From Tubiluchus corallicola (Eukaryota; Animalia; Priapulida): a stretch of 64,000 nt of DNA. The stretch is taken from NCBI GenBank assembly GCA_030141605.1, contig JAQGDQ010000561.1:76048-140047 (forward strand), in the 5' to 3' direction. The position numbers and the translations under genes were made by a program. The notes beneath the pieces were generated by a model. It did not search any database, was not told the DNA's origin, and saw nothing but the letters and a program-made list of their open reading frames with translations. How positions within the stretch are numbered: the first letter of the stretch is position 1; each line of letters opens with the position of its first letter. Shown in pieces: positions 50,455-64,000 of this stretch.

Positions 50455-50921
50455 AATGAATGAGTCAGTGAGTGAGTGAGTGAATGAGTAAGTGAGTGAA
50501 TGAATGAATGAGTGAGTGATTGAATGAATGAATGAATGAATGAATGAATGAATGAATGAATGAATGAATGAATGAATGAATGAATGAATGAACGAACGAA
50601 CGAAATGAAATGAATGAATGAACGATGAATGAATGAATGAATGAATGAATGAATGAATGAATGAATGAATGAATGAATGAATGAATGAATGAATGAATGA
50701 ACGAACGAAATGAAATGAAATGAATGAATGAACGAAATGAAATGAAATGAATGAATGAACGATGAATGAATGAATGAATGAATGAATGAATGAATGAACG
50801 AATGAATGAACGAATAAGTGAACGAATAAGTGAGTGAATGATAGTTTGATTGATTGAATGAATGAATGAAGGAAGGAAGCAATGAATGAACGAATGAATG
50901 AATGAATGAATGATGAATGAA
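50455..50921. repeat. (GAAT)n microsatellite
   Basis: Direct reading. Confidence 0.95.
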
Positions 50922-51166
50922 TAATCTTTCATTTTAAAATACATATTTAGATAAGTGAGCCTCTAGTTGCAGGCATGACAATCAATGAATGAGTCAGTTA
51001 AAAATCAACAAGTAAAAGTGTAAAACCAATTGACTGACTAACTAGGTTCGTTAGCTAGTTAGATTAACACGAAAGAAAAGAGTTCAAGCAAAGTGGATAA
51101 AACAAATCAGTTGTGCGCATGCTCAAGAGCCACATAACTCATAAGCTTTTGCAGAGAGGTGCCACT

Positions 51167-51202
51167 AATGATAATGATGATGATGATGCTGATGATGATG
51201 AC

Positions 51203-51240
<38 letters not shown>

Positions 51241-51462
51241 CGATGATGATGATGACGATGATGATGATGATGATGATGATAATGATGATGATGTTTTTAA
51301 TGATGACGATGATGATGACGATGGCGATGATGATGATGATGATGACGATGATGATGGTGATGATGATAATGATGATGACGATGACGATGGTGATTGTGAT
51401 GATGATGGTGATGACGATGATGATGGTGATAGCGATGGTGATGGCGATGGCGATGATGACGA
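51167..51462. repeat. (GAT)n microsatellite
   Basis: Direct reading. Confidence 0.95.
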
Positions 51463-51493
51463 TTACACTAAACACGCCATTTTGATTTCGTAC

Positions 51494-51632
51494 CTTTGCG
51501 TTTCTTTCGTACAAACGCGAAGATGCTGCCATAGCAGAAGATGACGACAACAAGCGGTATTACGATGGATGTGATGGCAAAGAAAGCCGTGTAAGAAAGG
51601 TCCTTCGTTCTGTCGTATAGACAAGCCATTCC
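51494..51632 (-). CDS. Melatonin-receptor-like GPCR exon (ECL2, TM5)
   Basis: GMACLYDRTKDLSYTAFFAITSIVIPLVVVIFCYGSIFAFVRKKRK; TGCAG acceptor, G|GTACG donor. Confidence 0.88.
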
Positions 51633-51748
51633 CTGCAATGAAGATAAACCAGTAAACTTTAACATCAAGTGTATAAGTTCTTAAATCACGTTCAAAACAC
51701 CCAGAAACCCCCTCCCAGAAAAGGATTATGTACCGTCGTATATAATAT

Positions 51749-52278
51749 GCTACGGCCATATCACATTGAAAACACCGGTTCTCGTCTGATCACCGAAGTT
51801 AAGTAACGTAGACCTTGGTTAGTACTTGGATGGGTGACTGCCTAGGAATACCAGGTGCTATAGGCTTGCGGGATGCCCATACTGTATATCGACACTAGGC
51901 GGAGGAGCTGCACAAGCAGCCAACGGCTAGAGGGCGGAGGAGGTCAAATGATCCATGTGTAGAGGAGTAAACCTTCCAAATCAGGAGTGGAGCCCCGAAG
52001 GCGGACCAGTGCAGCATGCTCACTGACTCCAGCAGCTCCTGCAGCCAACCTGGTGCTGAACGTATCACTCACCAGGGAGGAAGAGAGGGGGTTAGGGGGT
52101 TCCTGTTGTCTGGGCAACTCAGGATCTTCATACACCTTGCCCAGGCGTGTGCCCTGGAGACGTTCAAGGATCGCACTGCTCAGCCACAGTCGACGCTGCA
52201 GCTCCATCAATGTGATCAATAACTGACTCTCTTGGCGCACACTCCATTGTCTTCCGAGACAGAAGGATGCCAACAACA
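51749..52278 (+). mobile_element. 5S rRNA-headed SINE (SINE3-like), full-length copy
   Basis: Complete ~119-nt 5S head at 51749-51867 with A and C boxes, no oligo-T terminator, then the shared body ending GTCTTCCGAGACAGAAGGATGCCAACAACA. Confidence 0.9.
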
Positions 52279-53177
52279 TATGGTTAAAGTTGTAATACCT
52301 CATTTGAAATGGCTTTGCATTTTACCATTTTGGTCACGTATCACGCAGCTGTACGTATAATAAAACAACCTAGCAAGTTCAATTCAATTCAATTCAGTCC
52401 ATGTTTATTTCAGAGCACGAAAGTAATTTTTACAACACCGAAATTGAAGGAGTTATGAGACAAATATCGTCTGCATGAACCAAGTGATTTACAAATGACA
52501 AGGGAATGCTCAGACAGAGAATATTAAAATGTTAGACACTGATCACATAGAGCAGGCAAAATAACCCAAGAGACAAGATAGTCGTTTTTTTAAATTGAAG
52601 TAGAGAGTCTTGTCATCATCAGTATTGTCAATGTCGTCATCGCCATCGTCGTCATTGTTGTTCGCGCAGCATCGGGTTTCACATCAACACAACTTCTCTG
52701 GCTCTCCATGCCGCTCTTCCCTTTCCTCCTTTTCACCCATCCCTCTCTTTCTCTTTTTCCACTTCTTCTCGAGGTGGCTGTATTGCCATCTTCAGGTCTC
52801 CCCAGCCACACAGCTCTCAATACACGTAATTATAATTATGTTACAATTTCTTTTTTTCATTCAAATTTTTATTTCGGTAACTAAGACCATATAAAATACA
52901 GATGCAATACTAAATTGAAATAAAATACAATGAAATAAAAATTCCAAGAGTAAACAGGTAAATAAAGTAAAATACATACGGGTTAGTAAATTAAAAGCTA
53001 AATCAATTTTAGAGGGTAATTATGTAATAATTCGTTCCATTTCAGAAGAAAAGAGTTGACAAGTCTATGTGAGTTAATAATAGCAACTATAATACTATTG
53101 CCAGTGTGCAGTAGTAACCTATTTCGAATGAAATAACATGATCTTCTGCGAATATGACTAAATGTGGCAGAGATAGA

Positions 53178-54206
53178 CAGAAGTACTGCAATCGTAGATA
53201 GGTTTACACACATGCCAGAAGTACTGCAATCGTAGATAGGTTTACACACATGCCAGAAGCACTGCAATCGTAGATAGGTTTACACACATGCCAGAAGCAC
53301 TGCAATCGTAGATAGGCTTACACACATGCCAGAAGTACTGCAATCGTAGATAGGTTTACACACATGACAGAAGTACTGCAATCGTAGATAGGTTTACACA
53401 CATGCCAGAAGCACTGCAATCGTAGATAGGTTTACACACATGCCAGAAGTACTGCAATCGTAGATAGGTTTACACACATGCCAGAAGCACTGCAATCATA
53501 GATAGGTTTACACACATGCCAGAAGCACTGCAATCATAGATAGGCTTACACACATGCCAGAAGCACTGCAATCGTAGATAGGTTTACACACATGCCAGAA
53601 GCACTGCAATCGTAGATAGGTTTACACACATGCCAGAAGCACTGCAATCGTAGATAGGTTTACACACATGCCAGAAGCACTGCAATCGTAGATAGGTTCA
53701 CACACATGCCAGAAGTACTGCAATTGTAGATAGGTTTACACACATGCCAGAAGCACTGCAATCGTAGATAGGTTTACACACATGCCAGAAGCACTGCAAT
53801 CGTAGATAGGTTTACACACATGCCAGAAGCACTGCAATCGTAGATAGGTTTACACACATGCCAGAAGCACTGCAATCGTAGATAGGTTTACACACATGCC
53901 AGAAGCACTGCAATCGTAGATAGGTTCACACACATGCCAGAAGTACTGCAATTGTAGATAGGTTTACACACATGCCAGAAGCACTGCAGTCGTAGATAGG
54001 TTTACACACATGTCAGAAGCACTGCAATCGTAGATAGGTTTACACACATGCCAGAAGCACTGCAATCGTAGATAGGTTCACACACATGCCAAGAACACTG
54101 CAATCGTAGATAGGCTTACACACATGCCAGAAGCACTACAATCGTAGATAGGCTTACACACATGCCAGAAGCACTGCAATCGTAGATAGGCTTACACACA
54201 TGCCAG
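53178..54206. repeat. 38-bp tandem repeat, ~27 copies
   Basis: Unit AGAAG(C/T)ACTGCAATCGTAGATAGGTTTACACACATGCC. Confidence 0.96.
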
Positions 54207-56089
54207 TTCAGTGTGTAACTAGTCCACTAGTGCAGTTCGTGACTTTTCGTAAACGCATCGTGGCTTTCCGTAAGCGAGCGCTGTCTAAACTGATCCATTC
54301 TTCTGAAGCTTGCCTAATGTGGAAAAATGGGTTTTCAAAATGGAAGCGCCCATGCGTAAAATGATCGTGACTTTAAACTCATTTTACTAATTTTACGAGT
54401 CGCTTGTCCCACTTTTATTACTAAATTCTTCTAACATTTTTGACGAACATTGAAATAAGTTGAACTTCCCGGAAGACTTGGCCTTTGATTCGTCACGCCA
54501 TCACGAAAAAACCCAGAGCAGTAGAGAGAAAGAATCATTTTCAATTGGGCATTTTTAAACAACAGGTGTCCAAAATACAGGTGTCCAAACAACACGCTTT
54601 CCGATTGGACAATTATCGTATATATTAATTCTGCTGGTATGTTATATGACGTCATCCATTATACTCTGTCTATAACCTTATTTCAAATGAGGACTGTGTA
54701 GGATGTTCGCGTATTATTGATTAAACGTGTATTTATAAGCAAAATTTTTTGCGGGGCCTTTGCTAGTCGTATATATTAATTTCGCTGATAATAATATTAA
54801 TAATAATATATATATATATATATATAATATTATTAATTCTATATATGTATATAAGATTCGAGGCTACAGCTTCGACGACAGCACCATTTGCGGCGATCTA
54901 TACATCAAATGAAAGGTCTCGATCTAGTGTCGTGCCGTTGGGGGTTTATTTTTTGAATCGGGCCCACCGAGAGGAACGGGGGGCAAAAACCCTCCAAAAA
55001 TGGTGATTTTTCGGCCGTTTTTTGCAAAAGTTATACGGCTGAAATGTAGAGAACTGGAACGGGCCGAGGGGGTGCTGGGTATGGATAGATAGCCGATAAC
55101 ACAATTAATGCTGCAAAAGCGTTTCTGATAATTGAATAATAGATTACAAACTTAATCAACGACTGGAAGCCTAAATATTGATGACATCACAAACTACAGG
55201 CTCGTGGAATATTTTGCTGTTGAAAATTATGTTAGTTTGTGATGTCATCAATAGTTTGGCTCGCCCGCCGTTAATTAAGGTATTAATCAATTATTTAATC
55301 ATCAGAAACGTTTTTGGAGGTGCCAAAAACAGGTGCTGTACCTCTCAGTTCAGATGTGTTAGTTTGTAACGAACTACACACGTTCGACAGCTCATGCGTG
55401 AGCACAGCGGTAAATTTGAAAATTGAAATTCATGTTAAAACTTGCCTAGTTTTAGTACAACACACTGAATATCTTACCGTAACACTGTACTTCAATTTTC
55501 TCTTTCACAAACACGTGCAACACGCTCGTGGAATATTTTTGCTGTTGAAAAATATGTTAGTTTGTGATGTCATCAACAGTTGAGCTCGTCCGCTGTTAAT
55601 TAAGTTTTTAATCTATTATTTAATTATCAGAAACACTTTTGCAGTATTAATTGTGTTAAAATGTATACTTTTTACTGTAATTGAAAATGGGGCAGTATAT
55701 GAAAAATCGTCCTGTCTTCGCTTAACAAAATTAAAACCAACAGTCGCAAATTATTATAAGTTTTTACAGTCTTCAAGGTAAACAGTGAAAATACAGAAAA
55801 GCTGTCATTTGACAACATGTGTAGAAATTTGCAATCATTTTTATTGTAAAACGTAGACAATGTTCACTTCGGTAACAAAATTGAACAAACAGTCATAAAA
55901 GTTAGCACTATGATGCTGTAGAAATTTCGTATTCTTCAACATTACTGTCATCCTTTATTGCATCCTTTAACATTGCTGTCTCTGGATCAACTGAAACTTG
56001 CATGTCTGAGAGAATAAAGCTGTAATCACATGACCAGACATACAAGTTCCTATTGGGAGATACATCACATTCATGCATACAGACCATAA

Positions 56090-56361
<272 letters not shown>

Positions 56362-57167
56362 TATATTATGGATTATATAAATATAATATGTATGTATGTG
56401 TATATACTGTCATTCAAAAGAATGACATTCAAAACACTGGAACTCTGTCCAGACATGCAAGTTCCTATTCATGCATACCGACCATAAATCGAAAGGTCAC
56501 TTATACTCTATAGCTAAACCAAAATCAAAGTCTACTTGGCTTCTTTGATAGCAGAATAAAGATTTACAGAAAGCTGTGTTATAATGTCATAATTTTTCTC
56601 TATTTAAACTTGAATGAGAGAGTTAGAACCAGAATTAAAGCATGAAATTAACAATCTAATTACTCTGATTAATGACTATCTATAATTGCAAAAGGAAACA
56701 ATATTTAGAAACAAAATCAATCTCTGACAAACTTTGTACAATTAGAGTAAAACAACGACTGTAGATGGCAGCATAGACTAATTCAGTACTTTAGTGTAGT
56801 GGACCGACAATTAAATGGGTCACATAATACTACAATCGCGTACTCGGTACAATAAGCGACTGCAAAAACGAGAGAACGCCGTTAAACAAGCGGTATTCTC
56901 AAAAGAGGGAAAACACAAGTTCAGAGTCAAACGAAGCGACGTAAAACGGACGACTTAGTCAGAAGAAGCTGACACGATGAACATCTCAGTAAAGATGGTT
57001 TAAAGTTTACATGACAAGTCATTCATCAAAGACGGATTATCAGATCAGGTGACAGTAAGAGACAGAAAATTAGCGACAAAACTGTAAAAATGATACCAAC
57101 CTAAACTACGTTCGCGTGCCAGGAATATTTTACTGTCACGAAATATGATTCAATTGAAAAATAATTA

Positions 57168-57681
57168 CCGTATTTTCCCATGTATAAGAGACCATTTTTT
57201 GCTCAGAATCTTCACTTTAAAAATAGGGGGTCTCTTATACATGGGAGTAAGTCTTTTCAATAAGATGCATAAATTGTGACACTAATGATTTTAAAGAAAT
57301 AAGTGCTCTACAACTGTTTTATTTCGAATAATTATAGTTTCCTTTCAATAAATCTTCTCCATGGCTGGGTCCTCAAGGCATGGAATGGTGTAAAGCCAGA
57401 GGTCATTATTAAATCTTTCAAGAAGTGTGGCATCTCCAATGCCATGGATGGCACAGAGGACAATGCCAATTTTGAGCAGAGTGACTCCTCTGATGATGAA
57501 CTGGCTGGAATTGCTGAAGGTCTGACTCCAGTTGATATTTTTGATGAGAGTGATGAGGAATTTAATGATTTCTATGATGAATAAAGTTATTCATTACCAA
57601 AAAACTTTTTTCCAGAATTTTTGCCTAAAAATTGAAGGGGTCTCTTATACACAAGGGTCTCTTATACATGGGAAAATACGG
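57168..57681 (+). mobile_element. pogo/Tigger-like deletion derivative with transposase C-terminal remnant
   Basis: Same TIR and TA TSD; encodes WVLKAWNGVKPEVIIKSFKKCGISNAMDGTED plus acidic tail, typical of pogo transposase ends. Confidence 0.88.
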
Positions 57682-58440
57682 TAAATACGTTTCACCTTGC
57701 TACGTTATTAGAGCACGCCTGGAAATTTCCCGGTTGTGCAAATTGAATGAATTGAATTGAATTTAAACCTTTATTTCAGAATTCTTCCATGTAAAAGTGT
57801 AGAATTCTACAGAAATTAATAAAACGTGCTACTAACGTATTATTGGCCGTTCATTCCAAGAATGACAACTTAGTCTGAAGAAACTGAAAAGACAAGTTTG
57901 ATATCGTTAAATATGAATGACATTCAAAATTCAGTGTCATTCTCGGCGTCCACACGGTCCTTCATCACTGACAAATTGGTGGAAGAGTGTTTTTGAATGA
58001 CCGTGTTAACGGCCTATTAGCCAGCGAGCTTTCATTGGATGTGAAAAAGCTTTACTCTTGACAAATGCATTCACACGGTTCTTTCCACGTCCAATCATAT
58101 AAAGTTCGAAGAATGCGCTTGTTCAATAAAAATGCTATCTTCATTGAGGTAATGCAATTTCTATACATTAAATGTGCCTGGCTCTGAATGAATGAACTAC
58201 CCAGGAGATTTGAACGCATAGATTGGTGCGATTTGTGAAGATTTTCTATTTTAAATTGATTCTAGACACATGGGCCTTTTTCATAAAGCTGTCGCTAAGC
58301 TAACGATACATTCACTTAACTATTAATAGCGACATCGTTAAGTTAGCGAGGGCTTTGTGAAACTGGGCCAGGGTTCTTTACGTGAAACTTTTGAAAATGT
58401 GCAAACTACTTGGAGAAGAGCGAAAGATGGTGCAGAGGGG

Positions 58441-59066
<626 letters not shown>

Positions 59067-59106
59067 CAGCGTGGTTTTGATACGCCTTATCGGAATAAGT
59101 TCTTAC

Positions 59107-59254
59107 CTTCTTATCATACGCATTGCCTCCCCAGCCGAAGTGAGTTGGTAGGTCAATTAGTACGCTGAGTACCCACACTGAACCACACCAAAGAAACGTC
59201 TTGTTCCACGAGAACAATTTATCGTATATCGTCGAGTGGCATAGAGCAACGTAT
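59107..59254 (-). CDS. Melatonin-receptor-like GPCR exon (end of TM3, ICL2, TM4); upstream exons not in window
   Basis: (R)YVALCHSTIYDKLFSWNKTFLWCGSVWVLSVLIDLPTHFGWGGNAYDKK, RY..[IL]CH...Y...FS pattern; TTTTACAG acceptor, AAG|GTAAGA donor; 148 nt. Confidence 0.88.
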
Positions 59255-59298
59255 CTGTAAAATAACGTCCAAAGTTACAGAGTTTCAGTTATACTTAA

Positions 59299-59924
59299 AG
59301 TACCCCCTCCACTTACATAATGCTTAAACAATTCGTCTTGAAATTTTATACCACTTATGTACTGCCTTTTTGCATACAGGGCTTGCGTCGGCAGCAATGC
59401 TGTATGAAGCATATAAATTTAAACTCCGGCGATGACCGTTAGACGCAGCCATTTTGACGATAAGTCATTTGAAACAAGTTTAGATGATATTAAGTAAAGT
59501 TTGAAAAAATAATCATAGCATTCGTAGCAGACAGGTCACTAACTAAGTCAAATTTTAAATTGCTGTATCTTGTCAATAAGATTAAAAATACGTTTATTGG
59601 TTAGTGAGTGGCGCACCCTGGAGGTGAGTCAAATACATTTTACAAATTGGTGAAAACATTTTAAATAATTGATAATTTTATAATAATTGCTAAATAATAT
59701 AACTTTGCATGGAAAGTTTTAAGGGACTTAGTTAAACATTTCCTTTTCTTCCCCTCATTTACGTTGTGCGTGTATGACGTCATGTAATGGCGCAGTCGGA
59801 ACAGTATTGATAGTGATTTAAAAACAAACAAAAAATCCTTTCAATGTGAGAACGATATACGTGTAAAATTGCTATAAATTTTTAAGGCGATTTTTCTGAA
59901 ACCTACTTCAGGTATCCTTGTCCT
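59299..59924 (-). mobile_element. Kolobok-like element copy
   Basis: TTAA at both ends; reverse complement of the same family. Confidence 0.7.
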
Positions 59925-60419
59925 TTAAACAATGTTTACAATTTTTTCGGGTGTGGTTTGTGGCTTGTTGGCCACGTTCCTATTTTGAATTTCTACTACT
60001 ATATAAATCAGCAAAGTTATGTGACATGAGAATTTTTTTGGCTCAGCCTTAGTAAGTAAGTAAGTAATTTATTTGTCTCTAATGTTTACAAAATAAACGT
60101 AACAAAAGTAAACATAAACAAAAAAGATCAATGGCCACCAGGTCAGCGACATCTATCGGTAATTAAAGAAAATTAGGCGTAACCTGTCAAGTAGATGAAG
60201 ACAGCTAAATATTAATCAACGAAATTTGAAAACATGAAAGAAAATATGAAAATGTCTTGGCAATAATGAACTTAATAAGTTCAACATGAGTTTAAAATTA
60301 AAATCACGAACAAGAAACGAATGAGGACAATTGAAACGAAACAGTTTGAATTAACAAACATCAAAATTTGAATTAACAAACAACAAAATTTGAATTAACA
60401 AACAACAAAATCTATCCAA

Positions 60420-61026
60420 TACGGTCATCCAATATTGCCGAATTGTAACTGTGGATTTCGATTTGAGTCTGTTGAACACTTTTTGTTGCACTGCCCATTG
60501 TATCAACAAACTAGGGTTGTTATGTTTGATAAACTAAATGAAATACTTCTGCCCGAAAACCTTAATATAGCTGCTTTAGGAACTTTAAAATATTCCAATG
60601 CATAGATGACTTTATATTACGTACTAAACGCTTCCAGTAGTTTCTATCTGATATGAAATGCACCAGTCTTAAATATTCGTACATTAATATTTTCTAACCG
60701 TGATTTTCTACTAATGTCTAATGTAACCCTGTAGTAAAACTTGTCAGCTTGTGTAGCTATAGTCTATTCTTACTGTAATTGTTACTAATGTCTAATGTAA
60801 TCTTGTAGTAAAACTTGTCAGCTTGTGTAGTTATAGTCAATTCTTACTGTAAATGTTACTAATGTCTAATGTAATCTTGTAATAAAACTTGTCAGATTGT
60901 GTAGTTATAGTCTATTCTTACTGCAAATGTTCTTGTAAATAGTGTATAAAGTCTGTTGTGGTGAGGATCCAAGATCATGTTGTTCAAACTGTCTGATCCA
61001 ATCCTATAATAAATTATGTTTAAACT
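60420..61026 (+). mobile_element. 5'-truncated non-LTR retrotransposon 3' end
   Basis: PNCNCGFRFESVEHFLLHCPLY CCHC knuckle and ...IRTKRFQ* end; three ~76-bp repeats in its 3'UTR; AATAAA; 12-bp TSD aaatctatccaa (60408, 61027). Confidence 0.82.
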
Positions 61027-61519
61027 AAATCTATCCAACAGAACAATAAAAGAAAAAACAATATCAAACTGCGATGATTATAACTCATTAAATCTTACAT
61101 AATTAGTAATTTTACTTTGATAAACCAATGCTCTCACGTAGCTGTTGTGTGTACATGATTTTTCGCCGCCACGCTGAATGTAAATTTGACGACAGTTTCA
61201 ACTTTCCTGCCGTTTTCCCCTTTTGTCCTTCCCTTTTCACGGCGTTTCTGCATTCAGTACATGAAAAGGTCAGCATCTGACAATCAACATGCTGTTTTAT
61301 TAAGGTGCAGACAATCGCTTGGACAGAAACTGTCATTATTAATGCTAAACGTGAAGCCAGAAGAAATGATTAGTACGTTTGTGACGCTGCAATTATAAAG
61401 ACAGAAAAAATCAGCGTAAAATCAAAAGAGGGATATTTAAGGTACTAGCATACAAGTAGAAATATCCTTCGGAAAGAGATTCTATAAAAAGTTGAATTTT
61501 TTTACGTTTTTTAACAGAA

Positions 61520-61520
<1 letters not shown>

Positions 61521-61559
<39 letters not shown>

Positions 61560-61595
61560 TTTCTTTCTCTTTCTCTCTCTCTTTCTCACTCTCTT

Positions 61596-61627
<32 letters not shown>

Positions 61628-61630
61628 CCT

Positions 61631-61661
<31 letters not shown>

Positions 61662-62206
61662 CCTCCCTCCCTCTCTCTCTCTTTCTCTCTCTCTCTCTCT
61701 TTTCTTTCACTTACTCTTTTTCTCTTTCTCTCTCTCTTTCTCTTTCTCTCTCTCTCTCCCTCCCTCTCTCTCTCCTCTCTTTCTCTCTCTCTCTTTCTCT
61801 CTCTCTCCATTTCTCTATCTGTCTTTCTTTCTCTCGCTCTTTCTCTCTCTTTCTCTCTTCCCCCCTCTCTCTCTTCTCTCTCTTTCACTCTCTCACTCTC
61901 TCTCTCTCATTCTCTTTTCCCTATCTGTCTTTGTCTCTGTCTCTCTGTTTTTCTCTCGTTCGCTCTCTCTCTTCTTTCACTCACTCACTCTCTGTGTCTT
62001 TCAACTTTCTCGCTCTCTCTCTTTTTTCACTCACTCTTTCTTTCTCTCTCTTTCTCTTTTCTATCACTCGCTCTTTCTCTGTTTCTCTCTCTGTCTTTTC
62101 TTTCACTCACTCACTCACTCTCTCTCTCTCTCTCTTTTCTTTCACTCTCTCTCTCTCTCTCTCTCTCTATCTTTTCTTTCACTCATTCTCTCTCTCTCTC
62201 TTTCTT

Positions 62207-62263
<57 letters not shown>

Positions 62264-62305
62264 TTTCTTTCACTCGCTCTTTCTCTCTCTCTCTCTCTCT
62301 TTTCT

Positions 62306-62345
<40 letters not shown>
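61521..62345. repeat. Degenerate (CT)n polypyrimidine tract
   Basis: Direct reading. Confidence 0.95.
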
Positions 62346-62348
<3 letters not shown>

Positions 62349-63104
62349 CTCTGCACCATCTTTCGCCTTTCTCCAAGTAGTTTGCACATTTTCAAAAGTT
62401 TCACGTAAAGAACCCTGGCCCAGTTTCACAAAGCCCTCGCTAACTTAACGATGTCGCTATTAATAGTTAAGTGAATGTATCGTTAGCTTAGCGACAGCTT
62501 TATGAAAAAGGCCCATGTGTCTAGAATCAATTTAAAATAGAAAATCTTCACAAATCGCACCAATCTATGCGTTCAAATCTCCTGGGTAGTTCATTCATTC
62601 AGAGCCAGGCACATTTAATGTATAGAAATTGCATTACCTCAATGAAGATAGCATTTTTATTGAACAAGCGCATTCTTCGAACTTTATATGATTGGACGTG
62701 GAAAGAACCGTGTGAATGCATTTGTCAAGAGTAAAGCTTTTTCACATCCAATGAAAGCTCGCTGGCTAATAGGCCGTTAACACGGTCATTCAAAAACACT
62801 CTTCCACCAATTTGTCAGTGATGAAGGACCGTGTGGACGCCGAGAATGACACTGAATTTTGAATGTCATTCATGTTTAACGATGTCAAACTTGTCTTTTC
62901 AGTTTCTTCAGACTAAGTTGTCATTCTTGGAATGAACGGCCAATAATACGTTAGTAGCACGTTTTATTAATTTCTGTAGAATTCTACACTTTTACATGGA
63001 AGAATTCTGAAATAAAGGTTTAAATTCAATTCAATTCATTCAATTTGCACAACCGGGAAATTTCCAGGCGTGCTCTAATAACGTAGCAAGGTGAAACGTA
63101 TTTA

Positions 63105-63587
63105 CCGTATTTTCCCATGTATAAGAGACCCTTGTGTATAAGAGACCCCTTCAATTTTTAGGCAAAAATTCTGGAAAAAAGTTTTTTGGTAATGAATAAC
63201 TTTATTCATCATAGAAATCATTAAATTCCTCATCACTCTCATCAAAAATATCAACTGGAGTCAGACCTTCAGCAATTCCAGCCAGTTCATCATCAGAGGA
63301 GTCACTCTGCTCAAAAATGGCATTGTCCTCTGTGCCGTCCATGGCATTGGAGATGCCACACTTCTTGAAAGATTTAATAATGACCTCTAGCCATGGAGAA
63401 GATTTATTGAAAGGAAACTATAATTATTCGAAATAAAACAGTTGTAGAGCACTTATTTCTTTAAAATCATTAGTGTCACAATTTATGCATCTTATTGAAA
63501 AGACTTACTCCCATGTATAAGAGACCCCCTATTTTTAAAGTGAAGATTCTGAGCAAAAAATGGTCTCTTATACACGGGAAAATACGG
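63105..63587 (-). mobile_element. pogo/Tigger-like element, inverted duplicate of 57168-57681 with a 31-bp deletion
   Basis: Reverse-complement match including flanks; part of the large inverted repeat. Confidence 0.88.
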
Positions 63588-64000
63588 TAATTATTTTTCA
63601 ATTGAATCATATTTCGTGACAGTAAAATATTCCTGGCACGCGAACGTAGTTTAGGTTGGCATCATTTTTACAGTTTTCCCACTAATTTTCTGTCTCTTAC
63701 TGTCACCTGATCTGATAATCCGTCTTTGATGAATGACTTGTCATGTAAACTTTAAACCATCTTTACTGAGATGTTCATCGTGTCAGCTTCTTCTGACTAA
63801 GTCGTCCGTTTTACGTCGCTTCGTTGACTCTGAACTTGTGTTTTCCTTTTTTGAGAATACCGCTTGTTTAACGGCGTTCTCTCGTTTTTGCAGTCGCTTA
63901 TTGTACCGAGTACGCGATTGTAGTATTATGTGACCCATTTAATTGTCAGTCTACTACACTAAAGTACTGAATTAGTCTATGCTGCCATCTACAGTCGTTG

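Noticed and set aside
51749-51867. Functional 5S rRNA gene
   Set aside because: No oligo-T terminator, several substitutions from the usual animal 5S, and fused to the same body in a second truncated copy, so better explained as a SINE head
53178-54206. 38-bp repeat of CRISPR-repeat length (likewise the 34-bp array at 45643)
   Set aside because: Head-to-tail units without spacers; ordinary minisatellite
54838-55095. Helitron-like element (TCTATAT.. start, GC-rich 3' end)
   Set aside because: No clear CTRR terminus or hairpin and only one copy in the window; insufficient support
60183-60215. Possible TM3 exon of the melatonin-like GPCR ending in ...LDR
   Set aside because: In-frame TGA ten codons upstream and weak donor; the real upstream exons probably lie beyond the window

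Overview
AT-rich, intron-containing, repeat-rich animal (invertebrate-like) genomic DNA; no prokaryotic or CRISPR features. Genes reconstructed by reading GT-AG junctions: (1) the 3' nine exons of a Smaug/SAMD4 gene (+, 1-16473, long 3'UTR); (2) an intronless RPL36 CDS (-); (3) an intronless MAD2L2/REV7 CDS (-); (4) two tandem intronless aminergic-type GPCRs (+), the second with one in-frame TAG; (5) a 3-exon secreted single IGFBP-domain (SIBD/neuroparsin-like) gene (+); (6) the last four exons of a melatonin-receptor-like class A GPCR (-). The rest holds hAT-, pogo-, piggyBac-, Kolobok- and Harbinger-like MITEs, two copies of a 5S rRNA-headed SINE, a LINE tail, LTR-like pieces and many tandem arrays. 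The most interesting signals are: a 15-bp intronic array built from the U1 snRNA 5' end / perfect splice-donor consensus; Smaug-recognition-element-like hairpins in Smaug's own intron satellite and 3'UTR; the 5S-headed SINE with an apparently RTE-derived body; and a near-perfect inverted repeat with arms of at least 1.7 kb bracketing one GPCR exon. All homology calls come from recalled family motifs, not database searches. Copy numbers and repeat boundaries are approximate.
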